The position numbers were made by a program, and so were the translations under genes. A stretch of 64,000 bases of DNA from Paraphysomonas bandaiensis. Lineage: Eukaryota; Protista; Chrysophyceae. Below the pieces are notes generated by a model. That model saw only the letters and a program-made list of their open reading frames with translations, was not told where the DNA came from and ran no database searches. The stretch is taken from assembly GCA_965644295.1 (NCBI GenBank), contig CBFFRP010000123.1, forward strand, positions 62,001 to 126,000, in the 5' to 3' direction. Below, piece by piece: positions 50,704 to 64,000 of this stretch; position 1 is the stretch's first letter, and each line of letters begins with the position of its first letter.

Positions 50704-51647
50704 ATAGTACGAGAGGGAGTATGAAGGTCAACACATAGCTGTGCAGAAGCAGATTTATTACCAGTGTCGACATATAATTTCTACTAATTAACATTATGAA
50801 TAGTGCGTTGCAGTCGTCATTATCAACGAACCCTTTTGTCAAAGGAATTTTGTATGCTGATATAAATGGTTTATGCATATCAGGTTAGACACATATCATT
50901 CCTCCAAGTTATCTCAATGTCTTACTGTTAATATCATATAGCTGTTGGAGAGCTTGAGCCAAAGCATTCGGGTCGCTACTCATCTATTTCACGAACAGCT
51001 GGTTCATTGAATCAAGACTGTCCCCCTCCTGTTGTCCTCATTGAAACTCGCGATCGGCATATATTGGTAAAAGACTACGATTCAAACACCATTGTTTTGA
51101 AGTGTGTTCCAACTGAAGGGTAATCTTGTGTATATTAGTTGGTAGAAGATTAGGGTGTTGTATGCGTACCATTTTCTACCACATGGCTCTGTACTTCCCG
51201 GGTCATGTGATACGGATTTAATGCACCTGATTTTTGCTTGCAGTTTGTTAATAAATTTTAATTGACTTAGTGGATATATTTCTTTTCATTGCATGGATTT
51301 ATGTAATATATTCTAACTTCATATTCTATATTAGTATATTGTAAGCTTGCTTAAAGGGGGAAAATATGTATGCAATACAATATATTTACACCGGCTGCTG
51401 GCTTAACAAGAATATAATATATAGACTTGCTTCGTACTGATCAAAGTATGTAAATTAATACACTAAAACAGTCACTCTGGTTTCCGTATTGAATTATATC
51501 AATTACAACCAAAAGTACTACGCATTGACGTACTTTATATACTGCATGCACATGGAACTTTAACATTATGTATTTCCACTCCTTTACAGGCAGTGTTGTA
51601 GATATTCGAATTAAGCAACTTCATGTATTGTCATATATTGAGAATAT

Positions 51648-52994
51648 TCAAACCATCGCAGTCTTTTTGTCTCCATCATCAAACCCAATCGGAATAGCAT
51701 TAACGTTGTTATCTGATTTTCGCGATTTCGGAGTACCAGGGCGTTTGGAAGAAACCAAACGAAATTTATCATCAATATACCCCATTTTGGCGCCGTTATA
51801 GACGACAAACCCCAAGAGAGCCATGGCATAGCCCATCAGCTCATTCAAAGTAACACTTTCCTTCAGCATTACTACGCCTCCTACAATGGTTAGTATATTT
51901 CGTAGAGTACTTAGCACCTGTGACACCAACATTATTACGAAATTTAGTGGTTGTACTAGTGAACAATACCTTCATAGTGAGAGAGGATGTCGCATGAATT
52001 ACGTAGTACGACAAAAAGTTTACTACTAGACCCATACAACTGGCTAAAGCAAAATACATAGGGTAGTCAAACACGATCGAAAAAGCGTTTCGTTGAAACA
52101 TATCCGGCATTTCTAGAAACGCAGAAGCTGTAAACAAGCATAGCGCCGACGCCGGTGCCAGAACATATTGACCTTCCACAACTCCAAATTTGAGATTTTG
52201 CAGAAGGAATTGGGTAAGAACAAGTCGTATTCCCTCCGAAAGCTCGGCGGAAAACATTACGAGTATGCCTAAAAACGTTCATTAGACACCCTTCCATTCA
52301 CAAGGTGATAAAAGGCATCAACAAATTAAAATGGAGTCAGTTAATTTTACACAAAAAACTCCACATCAATCACTTATGAGAATTTGATTTAAGTAATGAT
52401 ACAAATGCAACGCGTCAAACATTGTAATGACAACGCACCTAAAAAATTGAAGTCGGGAGTAAAAGAGCACGTAGCTGCTGTACCTAACGAAATAATAACT
52501 ATTGCTAAAATGACTGGTTTATTTGGGGATTCAACCTGTGCAACAATACCTTATATCCTTCATTAGACTACTGCCAGAAAGTATAGAAATTATCTTACCA
52601 ACTAGTAATATTATTACCGGCGTAAAGGACTTGAGCATTTGAATGAACCCCACATTCAGCAGCAGGTAGACAGTATTACCGAATGCCAGTGTTGATGCAT
52701 GACAAAGACATATAGGAAGCACTCGTTTGTACCACAAAAATCCTTGTATTTGGTCATTACGCTTTAGAGACACCGCACCCGACCGAACCATTGCGTGAGC
52801 CGCAATTGCAGAGAACAAGACTCCAAGCCCACTAAGAAAATATCACAAATATTCATTCACATGATATCAATATACCTCAAAAATATAGGATAATGAAAGT
52901 TTAAAGTAGATAAAATATATTTATTTAAAAATATAAGTGATGGACCAACAAGCATGTAAGCTCCACATAGTATGAAGGTTTTGAATAGTGACAT
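51648..52994 (-). CDS. TPT-family (nucleotide-sugar/phosphate) transporter, multi-exon
   Basis: VGPSLIFLNKYILSTLNFHYP; LAFGNTVYLLLNVGFIQMLKSFTP; SEGIRLVLTQ; TSSLTMK|VL. Confidence 0.88.
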
Positions 52995-53749
52995 CAGATA
53001 GGATTAAATGATGATCACAATTGATTTGTAATATAATAAAGAATTTCTAACCTAACAATAATACTTTATTTTATATATCAACTAGAGAATAGTGGATCAG
53101 AATATTCTACTTTAAATAGCTCTAAAAGATTCTGCCTCTGGCGGGCAGATATTCCTATACTGGTATATAAGTATATGGTATACCTACAGCTCCATATATA
53201 CAGTGGACGTATATGGTATACTGGTGTATTGAGATACATTGAATTTCCACCAACTATTTTTACAAGAAAACATGCGGTAGACAATGCTGCCAGGAGGTAT
53301 ACTTGTGTATATGGACGTCTGTCCACTCTCAGTACGTCCAATAGAGTGTTTGTGATTTTTATTTTTATTTTTGTTTATACAATTTTTGTCCTCAGTATTC
53401 TACATAAAATCTCCTACAAAACCAAAAATGACAGTAAAAATAATAGTAAAATTACATATATCTCATACACTATTTTTGTAGAAACTCTCTAACAGAAAAA
53501 AAACACTTATTTATTGGGGTAGAAGGCCCATGTATGGTGTTTCTGTGGAGGGTAGACAAGACACACACATCTCTGTAAGAGCAACAGAGCATTATATTCA
53601 ATTCATCTATTAAATAGAATGAATGCAATGATTATCATGACTTATTAGTCATTATAGTGTGTTGGTATAGTATATGATAGATTCAATCAGTGTTATTTGA
53701 TTAACTGATAGATTGTATACAACACCCCACTATACTATCAAGTATAAGT

Positions 53750-56440
53750 ATGCTACGTGCTCGAGGTGTATTATTTCGATCAGCCATTCAAAAAACTCAA
53801 TCATTACGATACTTATGTGTTCCATTACCCAATGTAGAATCTCATCCTACTTTTAGCATATCTACTAAGAAAGATGTGACTAATTTATCAGAGGCTGATA
53901 TTCATGCTATGGATATTCATGAGCTGGAAACTCTTATTTTCCACACATCTATGAAGAAATTTCGTCTTTCTCACACACAACTACGATATGTAGCGATAGG
54001 TCTCTGTCAAGCGAAGGAGCCGTTATCTGCGCTAAGTGTGGGAAACTTTGTGTATGGCTTGAGACCGTACAATTCTTCCACAATGGATTTAAGTCTTCTG
54101 CTGTCGGCTATCGCTGAAAAAGTTACTTCGTGTCAACAGGAGCTGCGTGCTCAACATGTGGGCAATGCAATGTATGGCATGCATGGCATGTGTAGCACTA
54201 ATGCTGATGTTCGCAAATTGATCCGTGCATTGAGTGCTAAGTTCGCTACTTGCTCGGAAGATTTCAACGCCCAAGAGATCGCAAACTGTTTATACGGCCT
54301 TCGTTCACTCCGTAGCAGTGACAGAGAAGTACGAGAGTTGCTCCAAGTTCTCACTACCAAAATATCCTCTTGTACGGAGCCTCTACGTAGCCAAGCCATC
54401 GGAGTGTCCTTGTTCGGTATGCGGAACTTGCTTTCTTACCACCAAGAAGTACGTTCATTAGTCAAGGTTGTTGCTGAGAAAATTGAAAATTCTGGCGACG
54501 TTGTGCTTGATGCGAAAGCGGTGGGAAGTGGCTTACATGGACTACAAAACATGAAAAGTGATTCTTTCGAAGTTCGATTGTTGATCAAAGCGCTGATACC
54601 GAAAATCGAGAATTCGTGGGATGTGTTTGACTCACGCTCTATCGGCACTGCGTTATTGGGACTAAAACTAATGAAGAGTGAACATGAAGAGGTCCGTGAA
54701 TTAATTCGTGTATTGTGTGATAAAGTGGAAAACCGGTGTGTGAGTGTGGACGATCCCAAAGTCCAATTGCCTCTCAGTGGTACATGCTTGGCATCATGCT
54801 TAGCCGGGATCCAATCAATGTCTTCTGACCATGCCGAAGTAAGACGTTTTATTGCTGTTATAAGTGAACGCCTTCAAACTTGTGAAGACGATTTCAAAGC
54901 ATTGGATGTGGTGAATGCGGCGGCTGGACTCCGGGGCAAGTCAGCAGAACACGCTGAAGTGCGCAATTTAGTTTCTGCTCTCGCACGTAAGTTCCGGACA
55001 TTCAACGGTACCATCGCTTCAAAAGAAGATTCGCGCCTAGTATTTCGAAATATATGTGATGTAACTCAATCTACTCATCCCGAAGTGCGGGAACTTCTTT
55101 CGGCATTACTGCCAATTATATCAAGTATGTCAGATAATGTGCATGATCACGATGCTTCATCTATACTGTCCTGTCTCAATTCGAGACTACTCGAGTATCC
55201 TGAGGCTCAAACAATACTGTCCATGGTATCCGATTCGATGAAGTATTATAAAGGATGTATGGATTTCAAAACTATTATGACCGTAGTGAGCGGCTTTCGT
55301 AATATATCTGCCGATTCTCAGCATACCAGAGATATCCTTCGTCTGTTCCGAGAAAGGTATGAAGTTTCTGAAAATGGACCTCGCCAAATCCTTGTAGAGA
55401 AAGTAAATAGTACTCTAGAGGGATTTTATTCAATGAACAATAGCACACCCGAAGTTAGAGATGTTCTATCGATTGTGGCAGATGGCGTCGAAATGTTGAC
55501 TCCTCCAATTGAACCTGCTTCTATTGCCCCGGGACTCTCATGTTTGGGTCAGATGAAATTTTCCAGTACAGAAAAATTAGATGATCCGTGTACTGAGCCA
55601 CTGTTTCGACTGCTACAGTCTGTGTGTGAGAAATTAAACAAATCCTCAACGGCTACACCTGTTCATTTGCACACTGTTGCAGAAGTGCTGTACGGTTTGC
55701 AAGGTCTGCTTACCTCCCCGGCATCTCAGGGTACTTTCGATGATAGTGTGATTAGTCCAGGGTTACGTATTGCTCGAATATATATGGATCTTATAATGCC
55801 CGATGTGACAGGAGAGCGAGGCTGGATTTCCCGCCGAAACTATGGTGTTCACACTACTTTCACAATTCAGTACTTAACTCTCTTTTTACACGCGACACTG
55901 TCAGTGAACAGTGCCGAAACCTTGAATCCCGTGTTTCAGAGCTTAGTCGAAGATGTTAAAGCAGCGATTGTACGCTTTAGGAGTTGTTTGCCTAAGAAGT
56001 ACAAGATGAATAGCATACCAGTATCACCAACAGCTCATCAGTATCGGCTCCCACCATTAGAATGTGTTAACTCAGAGATTTCAGAGGCTGTAACTGAAGA
56101 AGTACGCAAACACGTAGAGCGCCTTGGGGATAACAGTGGTATTACGATTGAACCTGAGTTCAATATATATTTAGACTGCTTTCCAGCCGATATTGTCATT
56201 TCATACACGAAAGAAAATACAGATGGGTCAAAGGATGTAGTATTGCGTAACTTTCAAATTATAACAGAGAAAGAAATTAATCCTGGAGACCAATACAGGC
56301 ACGCTTTGCGAGATTCATATCTGACTGAAACTTTTGATAGAAAACTAGTCATTTCGAGAGTATTAGCGATGAATGGTAAGACGTCGGCAATAGAGAGCTT
56401 GAAAAATGAGATTGCTGTATTTATTGAGAGCATGGAATAG
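53750..56440 (+). CDS. Organelle-targeted helical-repeat protein (about 40-aa repeats) with C-terminal RAP-like domain
   Basis: Arg-rich mitochondrial-type presequence; repeats AQxxGNxLYGxxxMxSxxxEVRxLxxxLxxK; C-terminal FPADIVI...ALRDSYL...VISRV. Confidence 0.75.
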   Translation: MLRARGVLFRSAIQKTQSLRYLCVPLPNVESHPTFSISTKKDVTNLSEADIHAMDIHELETLIFHTSMKKFRLSHTQLRYVAIGLCQAKEPLSALSVGNFVYGLRPYNSSTMDLSLLLSAIAEKVTSCQQELRAQHVGNAMYGMHGMCSTNADVRKLIRALSAKFATCSEDFNAQEIANCLYGLRSLRSSDREVRELLQVLTTKISSCTEPLRSQAIGVSLFGMRNLLSYHQEVRSLVKVVAEKIENSGDVVLDAKAVGSGLHGLQNMKSDSFEVRLLIKALIPKIENSWDVFDSRSIGTALLGLKLMKSEHEEVRELIRVLCDKVENRCVSVDDPKVQLPLSGTCLASCLAGIQSMSSDHAEVRRFIAVISERLQTCEDDFKALDVVNAAAGLRGKSAEHAEVRNLVSALARKFRTFNGTIASKEDSRLVFRNICDVTQSTHPEVRELLSALLPIISSMSDNVHDHDASSILSCLNSRLLEYPEAQTILSMVSDSMKYYKGCMDFKTIMTVVSGFRNISADSQHTRDILRLFRERYEVSENGPRQILVEKVNSTLEGFYSMNNSTPEVRDVLSIVADGVEMLTPPIEPASIAPGLSCLGQMKFSSTEKLDDPCTEPLFRLLQSVCEKLNKSSTATPVHLHTVAEVLYGLQGLLTSPASQGTFDDSVISPGLRIARIYMDLIMPDVTGERGWISRRNYGVHTTFTIQYLTLFLHATLSVNSAETLNPVFQSLVEDVKAAIVRFRSCLPKKYKMNSIPVSPTAHQYRLPPLECVNSEISEAVTEEVRKHVERLGDNSGITIEPEFNIYLDCFPADIVISYTKENTDGSKDVVLRNFQIITEKEINPGDQYRHALRDSYLTETFDRKLVISRVLAMNGKTSAIESLKNEIAVFIESME

Positions 56441-57491
56441 TAAAATTGAAATAGTGATAAAGAAAAATAATATTAGTTGTCGACTTCTTCGTATGCTTTT
56501 GTGTGATAGAATTCTCAGTCACTATATGAGCACGCCACTTTGACGGATGACTTGTGAAATGACAAATTTAAGCAGTTTGGAATTTACTATTTGGTGAATA
56601 GCTTGACAGAGACAGACAGTACGATTTGTAATATTGAACACGAATAATGTTCTTCGTTGCAGGTAGATATCATAATTGTTCGATGTTATTACAGTAGATG
56701 AGTTATGTGATTATGAAGAGTCGTTTATGATTAATCAAGTATATTTTCTAAGGCACACTGGCATGAGCAATATATTGCGAGGCCAAATTTTGCTAATATA
56801 ATAATCGATATATTGATATATTGTAGCAAGTAATTGCAATTCATTTTTGGCTGGCCGTGGGCTCTGCTGTTGAAATTGTCATTGTGTAACACTAAACGTG
56901 ATATTATATATATGTGAAATTCAGGGGTAAGTCATCTAATTGCTACCAGTGACTTATAAACAGATAATTAAACTTCAAATCTACGCTATACGTAAAGTAT
57001 ACAATTAATTCTTACGCAAGCCTGACACAGTATACACTAAGGCTTTCTTTGAGGGATAAACAATATCAAATTATCAATAGTATGATCTATACAGTGAGTC
57101 AGATCGACATATACTTTATACTTGTTTATACGTTATACGATACATTACTGGAATTATGTGAATTGAAACTGCCTATAGTTGCATGTTTCATCTGATATAT
57201 TATTAATTTGAATACCATTAAGACCTATTGATGTTTTGTTTCTCCACAGCAAAGCAACTTTCTCTCCATAGTTTGTAGTGTGCAACTCATATATTTGATC
57301 TCTACACCACATTCATATACTTCATGAACGTATTGAAAGTTGAGTTACAATACTGTTTTGGCGGAACGTATCACATATTAATTATTTACAGGCTGAAACG
57401 GGTGCATTCTAGTGAAGTATTTCAGGCACTGAATACAGTCAATGTTTCGATTCGTGATGGCAATATTGTAACTGATTATAGGACTCAATAC

Positions 57492-58220
57492 TTATGAGTC
57501 ATGTGTGTACATCAATGATTCTGCAGCTTTAGACTCCAGCCACTTTCTAACATATCGAGATATCCATATCGTCAGCATTGGTCCGACATTGACACCACTC
57601 GAAAGTATGAAAGAGTCCCTTTGACTTCGAGTTTTACCAAGCATATTGGGCGACAATGTACATGGCAGAGTGGGTGCTAAGTACATACGCAATTTACTGC
57701 CATAAGGAATTATCCAACTGGCAATTGTTGACATTGAAACGTATATTTCAAACAAGTCTAACACTATAGATATAACAAGACACAACAAAGCAATAAATTG
57801 TCTTTTCCGCCAAGAATAACGTATACTGGGAAGCTTTAATCTAATAGGATAAAGGTATGAGTTCACTCCATCTAACACACAATTCAATATGTCAATCATA
57901 TATTTCCTCGAATGATACATACACAGTCCTATTGCAACCATTAAAAGCACCAGACATTCAATTGGAACACCACTTGAGTTGTTGTTTGTATGTATTGTGG
58001 CTAGTTTTATTAATTCTGTTTTATCTAAATGTTGAGATATTTCAGTTTCAGATATACCGATACTTAATAAATATCTCTTAAGATCACGTACACGCATACG
58101 TGAATAGTCTTGAGCTGGACGAGACTTATAGACTCTTGATAAGAATGATTGACCAGTCTCATTGATATATTTATAAATATCATCGAGTAATATCATTGAA
58201 AAATATATCAAATACTTCAA
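57492..58220 (-). CDS. Uncharacterised membrane protein with SAP/LEM-like helix pair
   Basis: Long ORF; MRVRDLKRYL...LDKTELIKLA followed by hydrophobic segments. Confidence 0.55.
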   Translation of the reverse strand: MKYLIYFSMILLDDIYKYINETGQSFLSRVYKSRPAQDYSRMRVRDLKRYLLSIGISETEISQHLDKTELIKLATIHTNNNSSGVPIECLVLLMVAIGLCMYHSRKYMIDILNCVLDGVNSYLYPIRLKLPSIRYSWRKRQFIALLCLVISIVLDLFEIYVSMSTIASWIIPYGSKLRMYLAPTLPCTLSPNMLGKTRSQRDSFILSSGVNVGPMLTIWISRYVRKWLESKAAESLMYTHDS

Positions 58221-58831
58221 TTAGAAATATATTAAGTAGTTTGTTGTATATATATATATAGTATGGGGGTCTGTCTGTCTTAAGTGTGATATGTGTACAG
58301 GTCCTCTTGATTATGTGAAATCCACACTTCTAAGTTTTCTATAAATCTGGAATTCTTTCATTCCAACACAATTTTTTTTTGGAAAAATTCAGCTTTTTTA
58401 TATTTGACTTCATATTTCTGTAAAATACACCATACAGTGGTGGGATTATACAAAGTGAGGAGGATACATCCAAGCCTATCTACAAGCGAAGAAGCAAAAT
58501 AGCAGAATATAAAGTACAAATCAACTCCAATATCAATAGAATCGATCCGTGGAATCCTATAGCCCGTCCATGATACGAAGTTTCAATATTTTTCTATCTT
58601 CGAAGTGAAGTGAAATTATTTCTATCCAATAAGTGTTTAGTAAAGTGCTTTACAATTGAAGTGAAAGTCAGAAGTTGAAGTCTAATTTTCACTTCATTTG
58701 TCTTCATAAAACTCACTTATCAATCAGTGGTATCTATGAGACATTCATAGTTAAACTATCTGATATCATATATATCTTATGATCATTTCTTAAGACGATT
58801 CATTGGTTATCTTTACTATCATAACAATATC

Positions 58832-61800
58832 ATGCAGGAGAGCGAGAAGTCAAAGAGATTAGCGGTTAAAGAACTTGCCCAGATGGGGTCGTTTAGTGAA
58901 ATAGAGAAGAGATATGGAAAGTCTGCCTTGGAAAAGGCCAAGACATGGGTAGAGGTTACTCTTATTCATGAAATGTATGATGATTATGAGCAGACGACCA
59001 AGAAGATTCAATACTTTCAAGAGAATGAAGAAGAGGCTGGGGGATTATCCGAATCCATGCCATTTATACGGTTTGCGATTAGTATTCAGCCAAGCAGGGT
59101 AATGGGATCATCTATAGCTTGACTACTAACATTGCTTGTATAGCCGATTGATGATTTGATTGGTCTATACGAAGAGAGTACCCGTTGCAAGAGTGAACTG
59201 ATAGAGAACAAGGTGCTACCAGGTAAACCGCGTCAAACAAAATCTGTTACACTCTTTTAATAATGGCAAAACAGGATCTTGTACTCCCCCTGTCGTGCAT
59301 CGTATTCAAGTGCGTAGTATGTTTACATATACACGAATCGGTTAATACCTTCATCACAGAAATCCAATTCAACATTCCAGGTGCCTCGAAAGCAAAAAAC
59401 TACTGATCAGACAAAGTTTAAGACACCTCCTTCGAATACCAATAAGCTAAGTGTCAATGCTACTACCACCAGAAAAAAACGTAAGAAAAAAAGCTTTATG
59501 AAACAACGGGATTCAGACGAGTCAGCGGTATGCAGCTTTCGCCACGAATGAATCAATATTTTAATCTTAGTTGTATACTTAATTCGAAAATACCAAGGCT
59601 TTAAACTAACAATGTAGCTCTTAAATGATTATAATCATATATCTCTCCGTAGAGTGAAACCGAGGCCTTTAGCTCCCGTAAGATGTTCAAGAAAACCTCG
59701 GATTCCACGAGTCCGGAGAATAAACGTCCTCGAAGAGCTTCAGTTATTGGCATCAATTATAAAGATTTCTCAGATGGTTTAAATGACGGTTATTCGGATA
59801 GTAGTTCCACTGGATCTATACTAGTTAAGGAGCGCATGTCTTTTAGCAGTCCAAGTAGCACTTCATCATCGCAGGATTGCTGTCAAGTAACTTTCGGTGA
59901 TACTGTGAAAAAAGATATGATTCCACCTGTGTATGATGTGCTCAATATGAAGGAGGTATGTATTCGACATTTGCGTTGGTTGGTAGTTTTTGAACTGCAC
60001 GTATTCAAACTGGGTGGAATAAATCGGGCTGTGTCGTCAATAAAAATATAGTAACAACGTTTATATTATTGACTAGTTTGATGTGCCTAAGTATACCTAT
60101 CACGCATAAATGTATTGTGCGAAGGCCCCTCGAGAGCCTGGCGAATTCGTCAATGCCGATCTGGACAGAGTAGGCTCCGAAGTTGCTTTAATTATGTCGC
60201 CATACAAGGAATTTATATCCCAACTTCCCCAGTCTATTCTTCGGCATTCCAATATGATGGTAGGAAATTTGTTGTATAGGTATATAAGCTGTATAGGCTA
60301 AACCTAGAGTGTACATATTTTGAAGTATCACTGACTTGCGTAGTATTCTATGTGCCATGAGTGTTCGTTTGAAAGCACTGTGTATGTGTTTTACTTCTTA
60401 TTTACATGTCCGCTGTTTCAGGGAGTTCAGCGCATATGTGACCTCTCTTGTGATGTAGTTTTCTGCAAGGTTACCAACGTTAGCCGACTAAATGTTAAGG
60501 GAAAGGTATGATACACACTGTGCTACTGAGGTGTAAAGCCTTATACCTGTGACTTTTGCTATATTCACTCTGAAGGAAGTGAATATTGAAATAAGTGTTT
60601 GTTTTTTAAATTTAGGAGGCGTTGTCAATCTTAACCCTTGAAATTTTGAATGACGTCTTAGATCAGAACGACTGTTCACATAAGAGTTCTGGAAAGTATT
60701 ATGATATTGCCTTTGCTCCAATTACATCTCCACTGGTGGGCACAGATGCGTTCCTTATTCTGAAGACTCATGTACGCTTGCGCGCTGTTTTAGAATTTTA
60801 TATCATTATAATGTATTGAGATACTTATAGACGCACATAATGATATGCAATTATAGTATATATCGGACACACCCAGCTACTGCTAATATATTATTCATGT
60901 AGTATGGGTATTGTGAGTGATACGATGCACCACATATTGTGAGGTTATTTACGTACTAGACTAATACACATGACTACTATGATGCATGTATAGTACTTTA
61001 CTTCTTTACGGAGACCATGGCTGGTGGTGAACGCACAAGTGAAGCGTCTCTTCGCAAATGCAATGGGCCCTCCACTGTGGTATGAAGGAAGGTATCTGTG
61101 TCATGTAACGACTAGTTTTGTGTCATATACAATATAGTTTACTACACATATGCCATGTACATTAGGCACCGTGCACGAATAGGGATTATTTTGCATATAA
61201 AAGTACATTTGTGTAGCATATACCATGTGAGGAGAAACATCGAAGACAACCCATATGGTGGTATACTAGTGGTCTGGCTAGTACAGGAACTTGGCCACAA
61301 CAACTGGGTTTATGATTACAATCAAACAGATAATGGTAAGTGTAATGTTAAGCTATGAAGAGCTCTAGATACCAGTAATTACGTATATAGTATGCATTAC
61401 CTTAATATTACCTTTGATATCCTTATTGATATCCCAACAGTATTGCCGTTTTACCGTTCAAGTGTAACCAATGATATAATTTTTTTAATTCAGAATGCTC
61501 TCCTTGGGATCTAGAAATATCTGATTTTGTCCTCCCTGAGCATGTGGTGTCGCCAGATTTGCCGCGAGAGCTCACGGAAACATTGCCAACTGCTACTGCC
61601 ATACTGTCATACCTGTACAAGTAAGGTTTCGTCATAGCATGCATTGCTTTCTCCTTATTCTAAACGCACATCCCCGTACAAGTAGTATGGACTTTTCGTA
61701 CGTATTTAAGTACCAAGTATCTGTAATCGACGAATATTGTTCCCTCTTTCCGCTGCCTAAAGATCAGCTCGATTTTGGAGCTTTGCGGATGCGAGCCAAG

Positions 61801-62160
61801 TCAGGTGTATATGATGGAAGGGATGGGCTATATTTATTATTCGATGATCTGGATCGAATGGTAGCTAACTGTAAGGTAGAATGTACTACATCTTCGTATA
61901 ATTTTGGTATATAGTACAAGGTACTATTGATACGAGCCTGTGCACAATGTAGTCGCTATTCTTGAAGATTTTACAATGCCGCTTTAATACATTCGTACAA
62001 ATAAAATAGCCAACATTTTCCCCGATTTTCTATTAATGTTATGCAGGAATTCAATGCTACAAATATTGCGCTGCAGGTATGGCGATGTGCTGACATGATG
62101 GAGAAGACACTGGTGGACTTGAAATTTTCCCTGGCAGAAGCTCACGCTATCCAGCTCTAA
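58832..62160 (+). CDS. Multi-exon chromatin protein with C-terminal bromodomain-like region
   Basis: Terminal exons LDFGALRMRAKSGVY...LFDDLDRMVANCK|EFNA...WRCADMME. Internal exon chain only partly resolved; may be more than one gene. Confidence 0.55.
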
Positions 62161-62587
62161 CCAATGTACGTAATATTACTACTACATAGTCCAGTACTGT
62201 GCAATGTGCGTTAAAGAATATACTTACCTATAACGATTAATTAGGCCTGTACGAAGAGACAGAATGTAATCAATTCTTTTTTTGTAGGCTGGACTCCAGG
62301 ACATGTATTATGCATTTCGACCTCTCGCTTTTTGGCTTTTCGACTTCTTGTTAGAGAAATATTATAGTTTGTGTGCATATGTTTATTACTCTATGGTCCG
62401 CGTTAACGTTTTAGTATATGCGCATTTATATTGCCTTCGATACTATATAATCAGCATTCTGCGTGTTAAACTACTCAACACATCCTTCTTACTACGAGGT
62501 TCAACGAAGAGTAGAATATTAATGAAAGTTTCAGTACATTATATTTTTCCATTATCCATTTTATTTATTGTGTTGCTCTCACAAACT

Positions 62588-62712
62588 CACTTTGCTACGA
62601 GTTACGACATATAGATCACAATTCTTGTCCACACCACGTTATTAATTGTGCTCACTGACTCACTTTACAACGAGTAACGACATATAGATCACAATTGTCC
62701 AAACCACAGGTT
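62588..62712. repeat. Short imperfect direct duplication (about 73-bp offset)
   Basis: cacttt..acgagt.acgacatatagatcacaatt..tcca.accac occurs twice. Confidence 0.7.
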
Positions 62713-62790
62713 CGGACATATATCTTGTGATATATACAATGTACATATTGGCGCACTCCAATATGATTCTTTTCAAATTGATGACGATAA

Positions 62791-63554
62791 CTACATCGTT
62801 TCTTCTGTGGAAACTTCTGCTTTTATACCAGCTTGTGCTTCTGCATCCGCCTCTCGTAAAACTTTCCGAATAAATCCCGAATTTGCTACATCTAGTGGAG
62901 TATTTCCATCCTATACCGACGACGTAAAACAAGATATTCATAAGACAAGCGAAACTCTTTCTTGGTCAAACGTGATGCAAAGAGAAATGTGCCAGAAATA
63001 CCTGATTTGTTGCATCTATTGATGCCCCAAAGGCTACTAGAAATTGAATACACTCCCAGTGACCCTTCTGTGAGGCATAGTGAACTGCAGTATTACCATC
63101 CTATTCGTATAAACTATAAAGAGATCTCAGAATCAGGGGATATATATATATTTACTTTTGCCGCGATCGTAGGATCTGCATCAGCAGCAAGGAGCAGTTT
63201 CAAGCAACCCAGTTCGCCTTCCATTGCTGCCATGATGAGAGGTGTCATACCAGCCTATGATATAAAAATCCATTAAACGTATAGGACAGAAACCATACGT
63301 GTACCCGGGTCTTTGTGTCCGCGAAAGCACCAGCAACAAGTAACTCTTTAACACATAATTCATTCCCATACTTCGCAGCATAATGCAACGCCGAAATGCC
63401 AATCTAAACGTATAAAATATTCATATAAGTTTTATATACTGTAGCATGCGACAACCTCATCTTTGGCAGTAATAGCATCCGTGTGTGCTTGTTCCCTGCA
63501 TACTTCAACGACTTTATCCCAGCTAAACTGTCTTGCAAGGACTGCTAGGCTCAT
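62791..63554 (-). CDS. Ankyrin-repeat protein (about one repeat per exon)
   Basis: IGISALHYAAKYGNELCVKELLVAGA | AGMTPLIMAAMEGELGCLKLLLAADA | DGNTAVHYASQKGHWECIQFLVAFGA | DGNTPLDVA; missed by the ORF track. Confidence 0.88.
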
Positions 63555-64000
63555 TTCTGTTAATTGAAAGAATACAAACACAGCTAATGAATAAATACTT
63601 CAAAAGCAAGTAAGTTGTGGATACTCTGCATATGGAATGTGTATCATTAGGGCTTATGCAGGGACGTTAATGCGACCTTCTGCCTCCTGTCGATAACGAA
63701 CATTGTATTATAGAAATACTGCTGTATATATCGTACACAATACGTACATAAGGAATTGACAGTTACGTATATATACATTGGAATACGCTGGAATACGTAG
63801 TGCTGAAAGAGGAGAGTAGCGAGCGATATGATGAAGATCACATGCTGCACGAGTGCGTATCATAACATACAATTTCGTTACTGAAGTCACAGCTAGAGAT
63901 AAGTGAAGTCACGAAGTGAGAATTGATCCTCCAATCATCTGCATCTATCATATATTGATATGGTATAGCATACAGCAGTTCACTTATCTTGACTCGTATA

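Overview
AT-rich eukaryotic nuclear DNA with many short (about 40-60 nt) GT-AG introns. A stramenopile/protist source is inferred from gene style, not proven. It holds about 20 host genes: a SMARCAL1-like helicase, UBA52, a DnaJ protein, a kinase-methyltransferase fusion, ABHD13, an ARM+EF-hand protein, CAPZB, an H-NOX hybrid histidine kinase, a DMT transporter, VTI1, PPP4R2, two methyltransferases, a mitochondrial carrier, a Tubby protein, a TPT transporter, a 40-aa-repeat/RAP protein, a bromodomain protein and an ankyrin protein. There are also two decayed hAT elements and one intact, young Ty3/Gypsy LTR retrotransposon (13226-23502). Highlights: (1) the retrotransposon carries a SET lysine-methyltransferase domain between RNase H and integrase; its two ORFs are separated by one in-frame TGA followed by an H-type pseudoknot; and it has no tRNA primer-binding site but shows LTR-to-PBS complementarity suggesting self-priming. 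(2) A class-3 (Ala1, W-C-T) intein with a dead LAGLIDADG domain sits in the Walker A loop of the SMARCAL1-like gene, 5 nt from a spliceosomal intron. (3) An sGC-type H-NOX/HNOBA sensor is fused to a hybrid histidine kinase. Exon boundaries were read by eye and no database searches were run.
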